A stretch of DNA of 63,949 bases, filler included, from Folioceros fuciformis (taxonomy: Eukaryota): NCBI GenBank assembly GCA_049999805.1. It is 6 parts of 6 records of this genome, joined end to end, with 100 filler letters (N's around TTAATTAATTAA, not from the genome) between each part and the next. Parts side by side here need not be neighbours in the genome. Positions count along the whole stretch, not along the records: positions 36,092 to 47,637 come from JBNGIO010005444.1; positions 47,738 to 54,819 come from JBNGIO010005445.1; 4 more parts are not named here. One strand, written 5' to 3'. The position numbers and the translations under genes are program-made. Below are positions 38,850 to 49,902 of this stretch, one piece after another. Position 1 is the first letter of the stretch; each line of letters begins with the position of its first letter. The notes under the pieces were generated by a model, which saw only the letters and a list, made by a program, of their open reading frames with translations, searched no databases and was not told where the DNA came from.

Positions 38850-40431
38850 ACGTCGCCGTCCGGCTACTGCGCCCAGCCTTGCCCTTCCCTTTTACTCTCT
38901 CCCTAGCCTCGTCCCGCTCCCGTTTGTACCTGTCAGCCAGCTTCCGGACTTATTCCATCGCAGCCATCTCTTGCTCCTAAGACTTAGCCATTTCCTGTTG
39001 CATTTCTAGATTAGTCTCATGGGCTTCCCTCACCTGAGCTAGGAATGACCTTGTTGCTCCTTCAGCACCTGGATCTCTGCCCTAGCCTGGCGCGCCTCTT
39101 CCTCCGCCTGTACCTTGTTCTCGCTCAGGGCCCGCTACTTCCCTTCCAGGAGCCGTCATGCCATCTTGGACTCTGCCAGCTACCTCCAGGCTTTGGCCTC
39201 CTTCCCTCTCGCCTCTGCCTCCCCTCCGGGCCTCAGCCTCTCTTTCCGCCTGCATGCTTAGCCAAGTCAGCGCCTTGGCCGCCTGGTCCAGCAAGTCCAC
39301 TTGTGCTTGCACCATAGCTGAGGTCAGTCCCGGCAAATCCACCTCTTGTGACTCCCCAGGGGCCATTCCCCTCTTGGTTATCTGCCTCCCCAACAACGCT
39401 TGTGACTTCCCTAGCTCCCTTGCATACAGCCTATCCACCTGCGGGATTTTTCTAAAAACTTCTTTTTATTTTGGGAAGACTTCCTGCTCCGGAACGTGCC
39501 CTAATTCACCCATACCCCCAGGAGGGGCCACTTCCATTTCTGGCACTTGCTCTTGAGGTGCTTCTGGCTCTGCCTCGTTGGGTTCCTACTCCGCTGGCTC
39601 TTGGTCTTCTGGCTCTTGAGCAGTTCCCTGCTCCTCCTCAGCCTGCTCCAGGGATACCTCTTGTGACGCTGACCTGCTTCCTTTTCTGATAATCTGGCCA
39701 CTGGCCCATCTTCGCTTGGCGGGAGTCTTTTTCCCTAACCCTACCTTCCTCTTCTGCCTGGTGGGGGTCCCTTCCTCCGAGTTGTCCGCACCGCCCGACT
39801 CCCAGCTACTAGGGTTGGCTCCTATTGGCTCGATAGGCTTCCACTTCACATCCCTTATCGGCCTCCACATATGCAATGAGGCTAGCACTTGCAGTTGAGA
39901 CACGAGGTTAGCGTAGCAATAGATATGAATTAGAAAGAGAGAAATCATCAAAGGCCGGGGAGAGAACAGAGTTAGATACTGCCTCTCCTCGTCCATCCTG
40001 GCATATAGGATTTTCCCCCAATCCACCTTGCTCCCCTTGACCACCTCGTGCACNNNNNNNNNNNNNNNNNNNNNNNNNNNNNNNNNNNNNNNNNNNNNNN
40101 NNNNNNNNNNNNNNNNNNNNNNNNNNNNNNNNNNNNNNNNNNNNNNNNNNNNNTGAACTAGCCACCCATTGGCTTCCTTCTTGGTGCCTAGTTTGAGTAG
40201 CACCTCGGCATCCTCTGTGCCGCCTCGTTTCTTCAGGGACTCAAGCACAGTCCCCCTTCCTCCTGCTGATCTCGACCATACACCCACCTCACCAGCTCCA
40301 GGTTCCATTCCTGGGGCCTGCCGTGGATTCTCTCTTCTCAAACGGGCTCTCTCATCTTCAGGGCGCACTTCCTGACAAGTTGCGGCACTACATGGTTCCA
40401 CCTCTGGGTCATGAATCCGAGGCCTAGTTCT

Positions 40432-40652
40432 TGTTAAGAATAGGGTTCGATTAAGTAACCCATAACCCTAGTCATCGATCAATTGAGTTAGGTTAATCTA
40501 GGAGTTACCTCGAACAGACACATCCCTAGCGAAGTGGTGCGACTAGCACCTATATAAGAGACACCCATCTTGTATTTTATTATTATGCTAAATAAAGTAA
40601 CATAGCTTAAGAACAAAATGTTTTCTCTATTTCCTACTAATAGGAATTTTCA
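40432..40652 (+). mobile_element. Solo LTR (221 bp, TG...CA) with 5-bp TSD gttct
   Basis: gttct-TGTTAAG...TTTTCA-gttct; absent from the homologous site in copy 2 (~60350). Confidence 0.92.
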
Positions 40653-41274
40653 GTTCTCCGACCAGCCCTCCGGCTCTAACCCNNNNNNNNNNNNNNNNNN
40701 NNNNNNNNNNNNNNNNNNNNNNNNNNNNNNNNNNNNNNNNNNNNNNNNNNNNNNNNNNNNNNNNNNNNNNNNNNNNNNNNNNCCGGCTCTAACCCTCCAG
40801 TGCTCCAGGTTGGGCCACACGAGCACGTTGATCTTCAGAAAAGGAGGTTCTCCCTCCTGCTCAGGCACCATTACTCTTGGTAGCAACTCTGGTTGAGACC
40901 TCATCCTGCCTAATCTCCTCACGTGCTCCGAACACCGCTGTCTTCCTGCACCTATGGTCGCCCAGCGTTCTCCGCCCGCTCTGCTCCACTGCCTTGGCAC
41001 CCGCTCCAACCTACAAACGCTCTGCCTCGATTACTGCCTAGGGTCCCCCTGACTCTCTCTAGGGTTTTATACTGCCGTTCCCGTTCTACTACCGCCGGTT
41101 GGGCTACCACCGGTTCCCCTTCCACGACGGTCGCCCAACCGGCTACCGTCGCCTAATCACAACACTCCGGTTTTTTGCCTAAGTCCACAACTACCTAAGC
41201 CCCTACCCCACTTCCTATTTCTTATTTCACTTTCCAGGGGGGGTACATATATAAACACCTGAGTACCCCCCAAC

Positions 41275-41560
41275 CACCAAGGGCCAAGGACACTCTCGCA
41301 CACCCTTCCCCTTGGTCCTGTCACTCAATCCCAGCGAAACACCAAGGGCCAAGGAGCCTTTTGGGTATAAATACCCAAGTCTTATTCTCATACTAAACCG
41401 ATCCACTCACATCTTCACAAAAAAAATCGCACTCGCTTCTCCTCGGTCCTATCACTCACCCCTATCAAAACACCAAGGGCCAAGGAGCCTTTTGGGTATA
41501 AATACCCAAGTATTATTTCTATACTAAGCCGGTCCACTCGAATCTTTACACAAAAAATCA
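41275..41560. repeat. ~131-bp repeat (2 full copies plus partial) containing a ttgggtat-aa-atacccaa palindrome
   Basis: caccaagggccaagga at 41275, 41340 and 41471. Confidence 0.85.
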
Positions 41561-41589
41561 CAATTTGTTCATTCTGCTCTTCAAAATGG

Positions 41590-44500
41590 GAGTCCTGAAA
41601 GTTTTTTTCCTCTACACAAGGCATTATCCATAAGCTAATAGTTCCATACGCGCAACAACAGAATGGCGTTGCGAAAAGAAAGAACCAGACGCTGATGGGG
41701 ATGATGCGATCCATGCTTTTGTGGTCTGTATTACCTAATCCTTTCTGGGCTGAAGTTGTAGTCACAGCTACTTACATATTGAATCGTCTTACCTCTCACT
41801 TTGTTTTTGGTGGCACACCCTTTCAACTATTTTGGAATCGAAGGCCGAGTATTTTACACTTGCGTATTCTTGGGCCCTCGCACTTTCACTTATGTGCCTG
41901 CAAAGAAGAGACGTAAGCTTGACAATCGCTCAAGACGACTAATATTTGTAGGCTACAGTGAAGTGACTAAGGGCTATAAACTTCTTGACACTCAAACAAT
42001 GCAGCCAGTGGTAGCTCACAATGTTACCTTTATCGAGAATTTGATTCCTTTATCAGCTGATGCCTCCCTTTTACCTGGAGCAATGGAGGACCTTGTCAAC
42101 AAGGAGTATTCTGAAAATTCAGGTGATTACCCAGATGTTGCAGACGGTGAGTCAGATGCAGGTATCGTTCTTCCACTTGCACTTAATCTTGCTGTCCCTC
42201 CAGCTGTTCAGCCCTTGCCCTTAGATCCTGTACAACTAGTCATCCCTGTACTACCAGCTGATGCCCCATAGGATGAAGGGTCTGCAAAACCTGAAAATGA
42301 AAATCACGAAAATCCAGACAATATCGTAGACTCAGAACCTGAACTTGACGGTTCTTCTCAAGATTCTAATTCTACTGATGAGAATTACCCCTTACCTGTT
42401 CCAACTAATGCCCCAGAACCGGTTCGTCGATCTACCCATGTGCATCGCCCTCCATCTGAATGGATAGAACCCCGTTATACCTCCTTCGACTTTCGTAAGG
42501 TAGTGGGAGTTTGCACACCTACTGTTCACAATGCTTCCTTGCCAGTCATTCCTCCTGAACTTGTCACCCTCAAAGAAGCATTTTCAGGTCCAGATAGGGA
42601 TAAGTGGAGACATGTCGTGGATGATGAGTTTAATAGTCTCATACAAAATGGTACCTGGAAACTTATTCCTCGCTCAAAGGGCCGTAAACCCATAACCTGC
42701 AAATGGGTATTCAAGCATAAATTAGATGCTAACGGAAATATAACAAGATACAAAGCGAGGCTTTGTGCACGCGGATTCACACAAATACCTGGTCTGGATT
42801 TTCAAGAGACTTTCTCTCCTGTGGTACGCTCTCAGTCAATTCGTCTTATGCTCGCCTTAGCTGCTGAGCGTGATCTAGAGTTGTAGCAGATGGACGTGAA
42901 GACGGCTTTCTTGCATGGATTCTGGAGGAAGAGCTATATATGGAGCAACCCGAAGGCTACAAAGACTCTGAGCATCCGGATTGTGTGTGTCAGCTTATTA
43001 AATGCATATATGATCTTAAACAAAGTGCAGAACGCTGGAATGCAAGGTTAGATACCTGTCTCAAGGGCCTGGGATTTTTTCCAGAGTCCTGCTGATCCTT
43101 CTGTTTACATTTATGATGATGGCACTTCCTACGTTTTGCTCGCTGTTTATGTTGATGATGCAATATTTGCTAGCAATGATACACGTCTGTTAGTAAGAGT
43201 ACAAGACATGCTGTGAACGGAATTCGAAATGACAGATGTAGGGGACCTGAAATTTTGTCTTGGTATTCAAGTGTTGAGGGTATGTGAAGAGGGCCTGATA
43301 ATCATTCATCAACGCAAGTATATTTCAGAAATCCTTCACCGTTTCAACGTGGCTAATGCACACACACATTGTGCCAGTGGAGTAAAACTTACCAAGGCTG
43401 ACAGCCCTATCTCTAACCTGGACATTGCTGATATGAATGACGCTCCCTACTGTCATGCAGTTGGCAGTTTGTTGTTTGTGAGCAATTGGACCCGGCCAGA
43501 TATCACATATGCTGTTAATATAGCTTCTCAATTCTTGGAATGTCCTGGCCGTAATCATTGGACTGCCATCAAACAAGTATTTTGTTACTTGAAAGGAACA
43601 CATCATTATGGCTTACGCTACAGGAGGACACGAGTAACACCTACCTTGTCAGCCTTTTCTGACGCTGACTAGGTGTCTGATGGGGATACACGCAAGAGCT
43701 TGTCAACATATGTATTCTTCTTATCCTCTACAGCTGTTACATAGAGTTGTAAGAAACAAAGCAGCATAGCCCTCTCAAGTACTAAAGCTAAATACAAATG
43801 CCTTACCGATGTTGCGAAAGAAGCTGAATGGGCACACACTTTCCTCTCCTTAGTTCACTGTGAATAGGCATCACCCACTGTGCTGTACTGTGATAACCAA
43901 TCTGCCCTAGCCCTTATTGATCACCCTAGGTTTCACGCTAGGACAAAGCACATAGAAATTGCACACCACTATGTAAGGGAAGTCAAGGCTAGGGGAATTA
44001 TCAATCCTATTTACATCCACACTAATGAAAACACTACCGATGTCCTCACTAAACCTCTATCTAACATAAACATCAGACACACGTAGAGGGGTTAGGCCTC
44101 ATTGATTTCACTCAATACTTTACTTCATGACGCAAATCTTACATGGTGGTGAGACTCATAGGGCTTCCAAGAGACCTAGCGTTTCTTCTGTGACCCTAAG
44201 CTATGATTTCACCATATGTCTATACCTGCACAAGATACACAGGCAGACATCTGTCAGACCTTCCATCTTGATTTTCCTTCCTCCTGCACGTTCTGTTCAG
44301 TTTTAGTGGGAGCTTATACAGGTCAGCCAAAACTTTTCCATGTGCTCAGCGGATGAAGCCACACACTATTCTAGTCCTGTGACATGGAAACAACACCTAT
44401 CTTTAGAGCTACGTGCGTCTCACCTTCTTTGGCGTGTACAGACCGTAAGCTTCCAGTTCTTTCAGCACTTCCTTGTACTCCTCCACGCTTAGCTCCCCGG

Positions 44501-45157
44501 TCGTTGTCTCTCATCTGCACACCCGTTTCAGCCTGCAACCTAAGTTGGGCAGTGCGTGCCTGTGCCTCCTCCAGCAACCTGATCAAATTTTTACACTCAT
44601 CCTCAGCCCTGGCCAGACTCATCAGCGCGCGCCTATGGGCCGTAGTTGGCCAGGTCTTCTGTAAAGCCGCAGGTTTGCTGGAGCCCTGAGACTTCTCTTC
44701 TCATCTTTTGCTCTTTTGCGGGCGCCTTTGGTTGGAGATCCCTTGCTTCAAAGGTTGCACCATGTTTACAGAGAACCTGACAACCTATAGTGCTGCAAGA
44801 AAGGTGTGAAGATTGCGACTTCCAGCTGTAGCAGTGATAACGCAAACCAGGTTACAGATCCCTGATGTGCCGCCTTCGCTTATCTTAAACAGCAAACGGA
44901 ACGCTGAACGCAGTGGCAATGGGCTGTTTTACGAATAAGGTTTAAATAGGCTTTTTTAATTTAACCCATCGAGGTTAAGTGGGAGTGTTAGATTAATAAC
45001 CATCGAGAGTTAAATAATCCTAGCTACTTTAGGATTACAACTTTATTTGTATATAACTCTTTTGTTCCATTATTGAATATGCTTTTTGCCTTTATTATCA
45101 ACTACTTGCCTTTGCATGCTAGCTTGCTTAGCTAGGTGCATGAGGCCTTTATTTACA
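41590..45157 (+). mobile_element. Degenerate Ty1/Copia 3' part: integrase, RT, RNase H, ~850-bp 3' region, PPT and 3' LTR (44986-45157)
   Basis: QQNGVA, FWAEVV.TA.Y..NR, FVGYS...KGYKL, CKWVFK, YKARLCARGF, VYVDD, FSDAD, CDNQSA, RTKHIEI; aagtgggag-TGTTAG...TTACA; multiple stops and frameshifts. Confidence 0.95.
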
Positions 45158-45729
45158 GTAGTCGGCTAGCTATGCTTGCAACTCCTCGACCTTGCTTTGG
45201 AAGCCATGTGCCCGGTCGATGAGTTGCTTCCGCTCCTGCTCCTAGACTTCTCCATGACTCTGCATGGTTTCGCAAATCTAGGTGAGCTCTACCTTCAAAG
45301 CACGGACCTCCTATTGGGCAGCCTTTTCTGCCACGTGTGAAGTCCGCAGTCTGGCTCGCATCTCCTCCACTTGCTAGACAGCCCCTACTAGCTTTTGAGA
45401 GGCCTCCTTCTCCGACTCAAGGGCTCGGTTGCACTCTTTTCGTTACCAGTCCCTATACGATGTGTGCTGACGACAAGCAACCAGGAAGTCTGAGTCCCAC
45501 TTTCTCCACTCCTGCCGCTCCTAAGCATGTATGGCCTCCATCTCGGAGCGCGTTCTCTCCAACTCACCCCGAGCGGCTCCAAGTTGGTTCTCCAGGTCCA
45601 TGTGCCGGCTAGCCAATTGAACCTTAAGTTTTGTTACCTCCCATAGGTAGCCGTCCCGCTCCTCTCGGTACCTGGCTGACTTCTCTAGCAGCTTGGTGCT
45701 ATGTCCAGCCGCCTTCTCTTTGAGGTCAG
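45158..45729 (-). mobile_element. Degenerate coiled-coil ORF fragment, probably a related TE accessory ORF
   Basis: KSARYREERDGY...ELERTRSEMEA resembles KLADRYKRERDEA of the accessory ORF; several stops. Confidence 0.45.
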
Positions 45730-47308
45730 ATAACAATGCTACGGACATACTGACCAAGGGTCTGCCCAAGCTATGCCACTACCAACATATGCACAAGCTA
45801 GGCCTGATCGACTTCTCACCCTAGCTTACCACAATATGAGGCAGAGAAGAAGACCTGACTTTCATAGGGAGCGCTGAAGATAGTCCTTGATAGTGCCCCG
45901 TACGCTAGCCAGGTTACGTCCAGCTTAAGAGGGAGTGTTACGGAACGGATAATTTGCCTATAACCCTACCAATAAGCTAATTACCATAGACCGTAATTAA
46001 TAGTGTTTAGTATCTACGAACAGGTGTGCCTCTTTACATGAGACACCCAATGACCCTATTTAAGACCACTTCCCTTGTACTTTGATACAATTTAACACAT
46101 GAAATATCTTTGTGAGCATGGCATCTTGATCATGCTAGATAAGATGCAATCCTACTGCCATGATGTCTTACACATACTTTATAAATTTTGTGTTATCATC
46201 AATGGGTTGTAGCTTCCTATGCTCCTTTGAATTCAGCCGTTGTGTGTGGCGCAATACATTTTGCTTCTCGGCATCTTGTATGCCACCTGCATCCTAAGCG
46301 GGATGCTTATATCGTATCGGAGCCATTGCTAGTGTTGATGAGGAGTAGGCGATCATATTCTCAAGATGCCAAACCGTAGAGGGCAGGGTTTCGTGCAGTG
46401 TCCACTTCCGTCTTGAACACGTAATCTCAGTCAAGCTTGCAATGAGTGCAGGCCTTCTACACAATCAGTGAGGACGCCGATTAGAGCTACTTGCATGTGC
46501 AAGAGAAGACATTGATGCACCAAATCCGTACCTACTTTGATTGGAAAAGTGGCGAAAACCTTCTTCAAAGCCCAATGCACTACCACAACTGGTCATTTTG
46601 ATGAGCCAATTTTTAGCATCTCAATAAGTGCCTATCATTGAATGGAAGTGCAGAGAGAACTCATTAAGCTTCTTAAGGAGATGATCCAGTCCCTTAACCT
46701 GTTGTGTCAGAACTATTTTTCATCTGTTGAGGAAGTCGGTCACTCTTCAATGAAGTCTTGCCCTTTTCCTTCTCTTCGATGACTTTGTAGACTGTATGTA
46801 TTTAGAAAATTGTTGTGAATAGGAAGATGAGATAGTTGATTTGTCTTTCTTGTTTTATGAGTCAGATTCTGATACGTACTTACCTTTCGACTGTTCTCCT
46901 CATGATGTGCAGGCTAGGTTGGTTCAGCAGGCCAGGTCATTGTACGGACTAGTGAGTGATAGCGTCCTAGCAAGTATGTTGAGTGGTATTCCTACACCTA
47001 CTCTGCCAAACACTTCTAGTCTTGTTCCTCTCAAAATAGAGTTTAAAGACAGATAGATTTAATGGTATTGATTATGCTATTTGGTCCATGAGACTAATGC
47101 ATATGTTTGAAGAAAATGAGTTGATGGGTGTTGTGGACGGCTCTGAAGTCTGTCCTACAACCCCACCAGAAGATGTCCTAGTTTGGCAGCAGAGGGACAA
47201 AAGGGTGCGATCTATCTTGATCGCCTCCCTAGATAAAATAATGATGCCCCACACCATAGGTGCAATCACCTCAAATGCTGTGTGGATGGCATTTAAACTC
47301 ATATATGA
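45730..47308 (+). mobile_element. Copia junction: RNase H end - PPT - LTR (45936-46311) - degenerate PBS - leader - degenerate gag
   Basis: NATDILTKGL..., aagagggag-TGTTAC, tcgtatcggagcc, gag KIEFKDR*RFNGIDYAIWSMRL..FEENELMGVVDGS. Confidence 0.85.
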
Positions 47309-47418
47309 TGTGAAAATCCTAGCAGTAGGATTGCATCTAATCTTGCATGATTAGGATTGCATCTAGTCTAGCATGATCAAGACGCCATGCTCAGAAAGAT
47401 ATTTTGTGTTAATCTACA

Positions 47419-47637
47419 TGTGAACCTCCAAAGTTTGGGGTAGTAGTTTGTTTTGGTTGAAAAAGGGTTAATAGTGGTATGGTTTGGTTTTCTTTTTCTA
47501 CTTATTTTTCCTAATTTTCCTTGATTTTCTGGTCATTTTTCCTATTCTTCTTTGAGCTAATTAGGTTAATTGACCAGGAAATAGTTGGTTTGGTTATGAG
47601 AGTGGGTATAGGTTTGGTCCCAGACCTGGGAAAGTTT
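47419..47637 (+). mobile_element. LTR start TGTGAACCTCC (copy of 35636)
   Basis: Direct near-identity with 35636-35850. Confidence 0.8.
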
Positions 47638-47737
47638 NNNNNNNNNNNNNNNNNNNNNNNNNNNNNNNNNNNNNNNNNNNNTTAATTAATTAANNNNNNN
47701 NNNNNNNNNNNNNNNNNNNNNNNNNNNNNNNNNNNNN
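47638..47737. other. Artificial contig linker
   Basis: N44-TTAATTAATTAA-N44. Confidence 0.97.
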
Positions 47738-48257
47738 CAAGCCTTTAACTTAAGTCTAAAAGTATTCTAACCTATAGAAGATGCAAATGCAAATGCCATA
47801 CATACAACATTTTATGGTTAAAATCAACATTGATAACTTTTTGAAAGAATGAAAAGAGGTAAGAGCCACAATTAATGAAATGACTTAATTACCATCTTGG
47901 TTTGCTTCCTATGATCCACCTATACTGAATAATAAGAATTGAGCTAAACTGAAACAACCTTTTGACCTCATTACATTGTGTAAGCCCTACACACATAAGG
48001 CTCAAAATATTTCATAATCCAAATCAGTGGAATTTAATAAATGTATAATAACTAGCTATTGTAAATTATAATATTCAAATAGTGAAATATGTTATAAAAC
48101 TTAGACAATCAAACATTTTGCTTCTTGGGTTTAGTAGCTCTACATATTTAAGCAATTTTGTATAATGCCCACATGTCATTCTGAAACAAAGGATTTGATA
48201 GTACAACACAAAATTCTCCTCACTATTCATTCATGAGACCCATAAAAGAATATTGCC

Positions 48258-49350
48258 ATGGATGAAATGTTTAAGACTTACGAAAGACAATACAAGGAAC
48301 TTATGACGAGTTTAAAGGATATTTTTTTGTCTTCATTAAATCAAGGTTTTGATTGTGCCTTCTACTCAATATGGGCCATAGCATGAAAAGCAACAAGATA
48401 TAACCCCACATTTTACTTCATTGTAGATGAGAAGATGTTAAAGAGCAAAGATCTTCAACTTCTGTTTGAAGAGGCTAACTCTCTGGTAACAATTTAACTA
48501 TAATATTGAGCAATATACTGGGTTGAAAATGGGTCGATTCTAGTTGGGAANNNNNNNNNNNNNNNNNNNNNNNNNNNNNNNNNNNNNNNNNNNNNNNNNN
48601 NNNNNNNNNNNNNNNNNNNNNNNNNNNNNNNNNNNNNNNNNNNNNNNNNNGAGTTGAGCAACCTAAAAAGGGAACATAATAATATTTTTCCAAGTCACTT
48701 TAATTCAAGAATAGAGCTCATAGAAACTGACGGATCCACAAAATTATTGGTACATAACAGAAGGAATAAAAACATCTTATTCAAAATGTTCATGCTTTAT
48801 ATATATATATCCAAACCAAATTTGAAAATTTTACATGAAAATCTTTGTCGTTTCTTATTTAAATATTCACATTTTTTTTTCTTGTGTTTACTTACTTATT
48901 AGACTTCAAACAATGAAAGAAAACGATTGGTTCAATCTTCTCATAAGTTGAATATAGCTAGTGATAAGTTAAAGGAGAGCAAACAAAACATAGTTGAGAC
49001 AGAGGAGCTTGGTGTTTCTATCCTGCATGATCTTCATTCTCAACGAGAGGTCCTTATGCATTCCAAAAATACGGTAAGCCTTCGTACTATGAATTTTACT
49101 AGTGAATTTTTATATTACTGGGTAGTTAGTTATATTCATAGATATAAATATGGTTCAGTGTTGTTCTCATTTTATTCTACATGATGTGTTACAACAGTTG
49201 AATGGAATTGATGACAACATTGGGAGAAGCAAACACATTTTAACTTCAATGAGTCGAAGAATGAATAGAAATAAGTTCGCTCTTTGGGGAGTCATTGGAG
49301 TATTATTCTTCTCTATTTTATTTCTTGCATACTTGAAGTACAAGAAGTAG
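48258..49350 (+). CDS. VTI1: VTI1-type Qb-SNARE (vesicle transport v-SNARE), divergent, multi-exon, partly in gap
   Basis: MDEMFKTYERQYKEL N-terminus; ETEELGVSILHDLHSQRE.L; LNGIDDNIGRSK.IL.SMSRRMNRNK followed by C-terminal TM. Confidence 0.88.
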
Positions 49351-49902
49351 ATGTATCAACATATCTATTTAGATGAGAACATATTTTTGGAAAGAGATTT
49401 TAAGGTAAAAAAGAAGAAGATATTAGCACTTTGCATATTTGTGAAGTTTTTATGTTTCTACTAGAGTTATACAGTCAGTATGAAATGAATCAAGAAAATA
49501 TGTAAAATTTTAATAAAAATGAATCAAGAAAATATGTAAGAGTCTAATAAAAATATTTCATATATATGTAAAGAGTTTAATAAAATATATATTATATATA
49601 TAAGAGTAAGAGTTTTATATATTTTTAGATATTTTATTGTTTAAAGTTTTTTCTATCCATTTTAGCTCATATAATTGATGTTTTCTTGTTTATAAAATTT
49701 GAATACTTGTACAATGCATCTTTGATAACATGAGCACATATTAGAATGTAAATGTTATACATTTACAATGCATCTATATGATACAGAAAATAGATTGTGA
49801 AAAATGTGATATATCGAATATATAAATAATAAAATATTGACCAAGAAAAAATTCTACATAGAGCAAATTACATTACAAGCCAAGGATTTATTTGTTGATA
49901 CA

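Larger units (their letters stand above)
37544..41235 (-). mobile_element. TE accessory-ORF module copy 1 (degenerate ~800-codon ORF, 40904 to ~37970)
   Basis: Homologous throughout to 59945-63050 in opposite orientation; shared KKEANGWLV...VDWGKILY...IS.FLIHIY domain, coiled coil and C-terminal domain. Confidence 0.85.

Noticed and set aside
46092..47412. Inverted repeats (46092-46158 vs 47322-47412) as TIRs of a DNA transposon
   Set aside because: The first copy lies inside an LTR and the second looks like a related LTR inserted in reverse into gag; no TSD or transposase.
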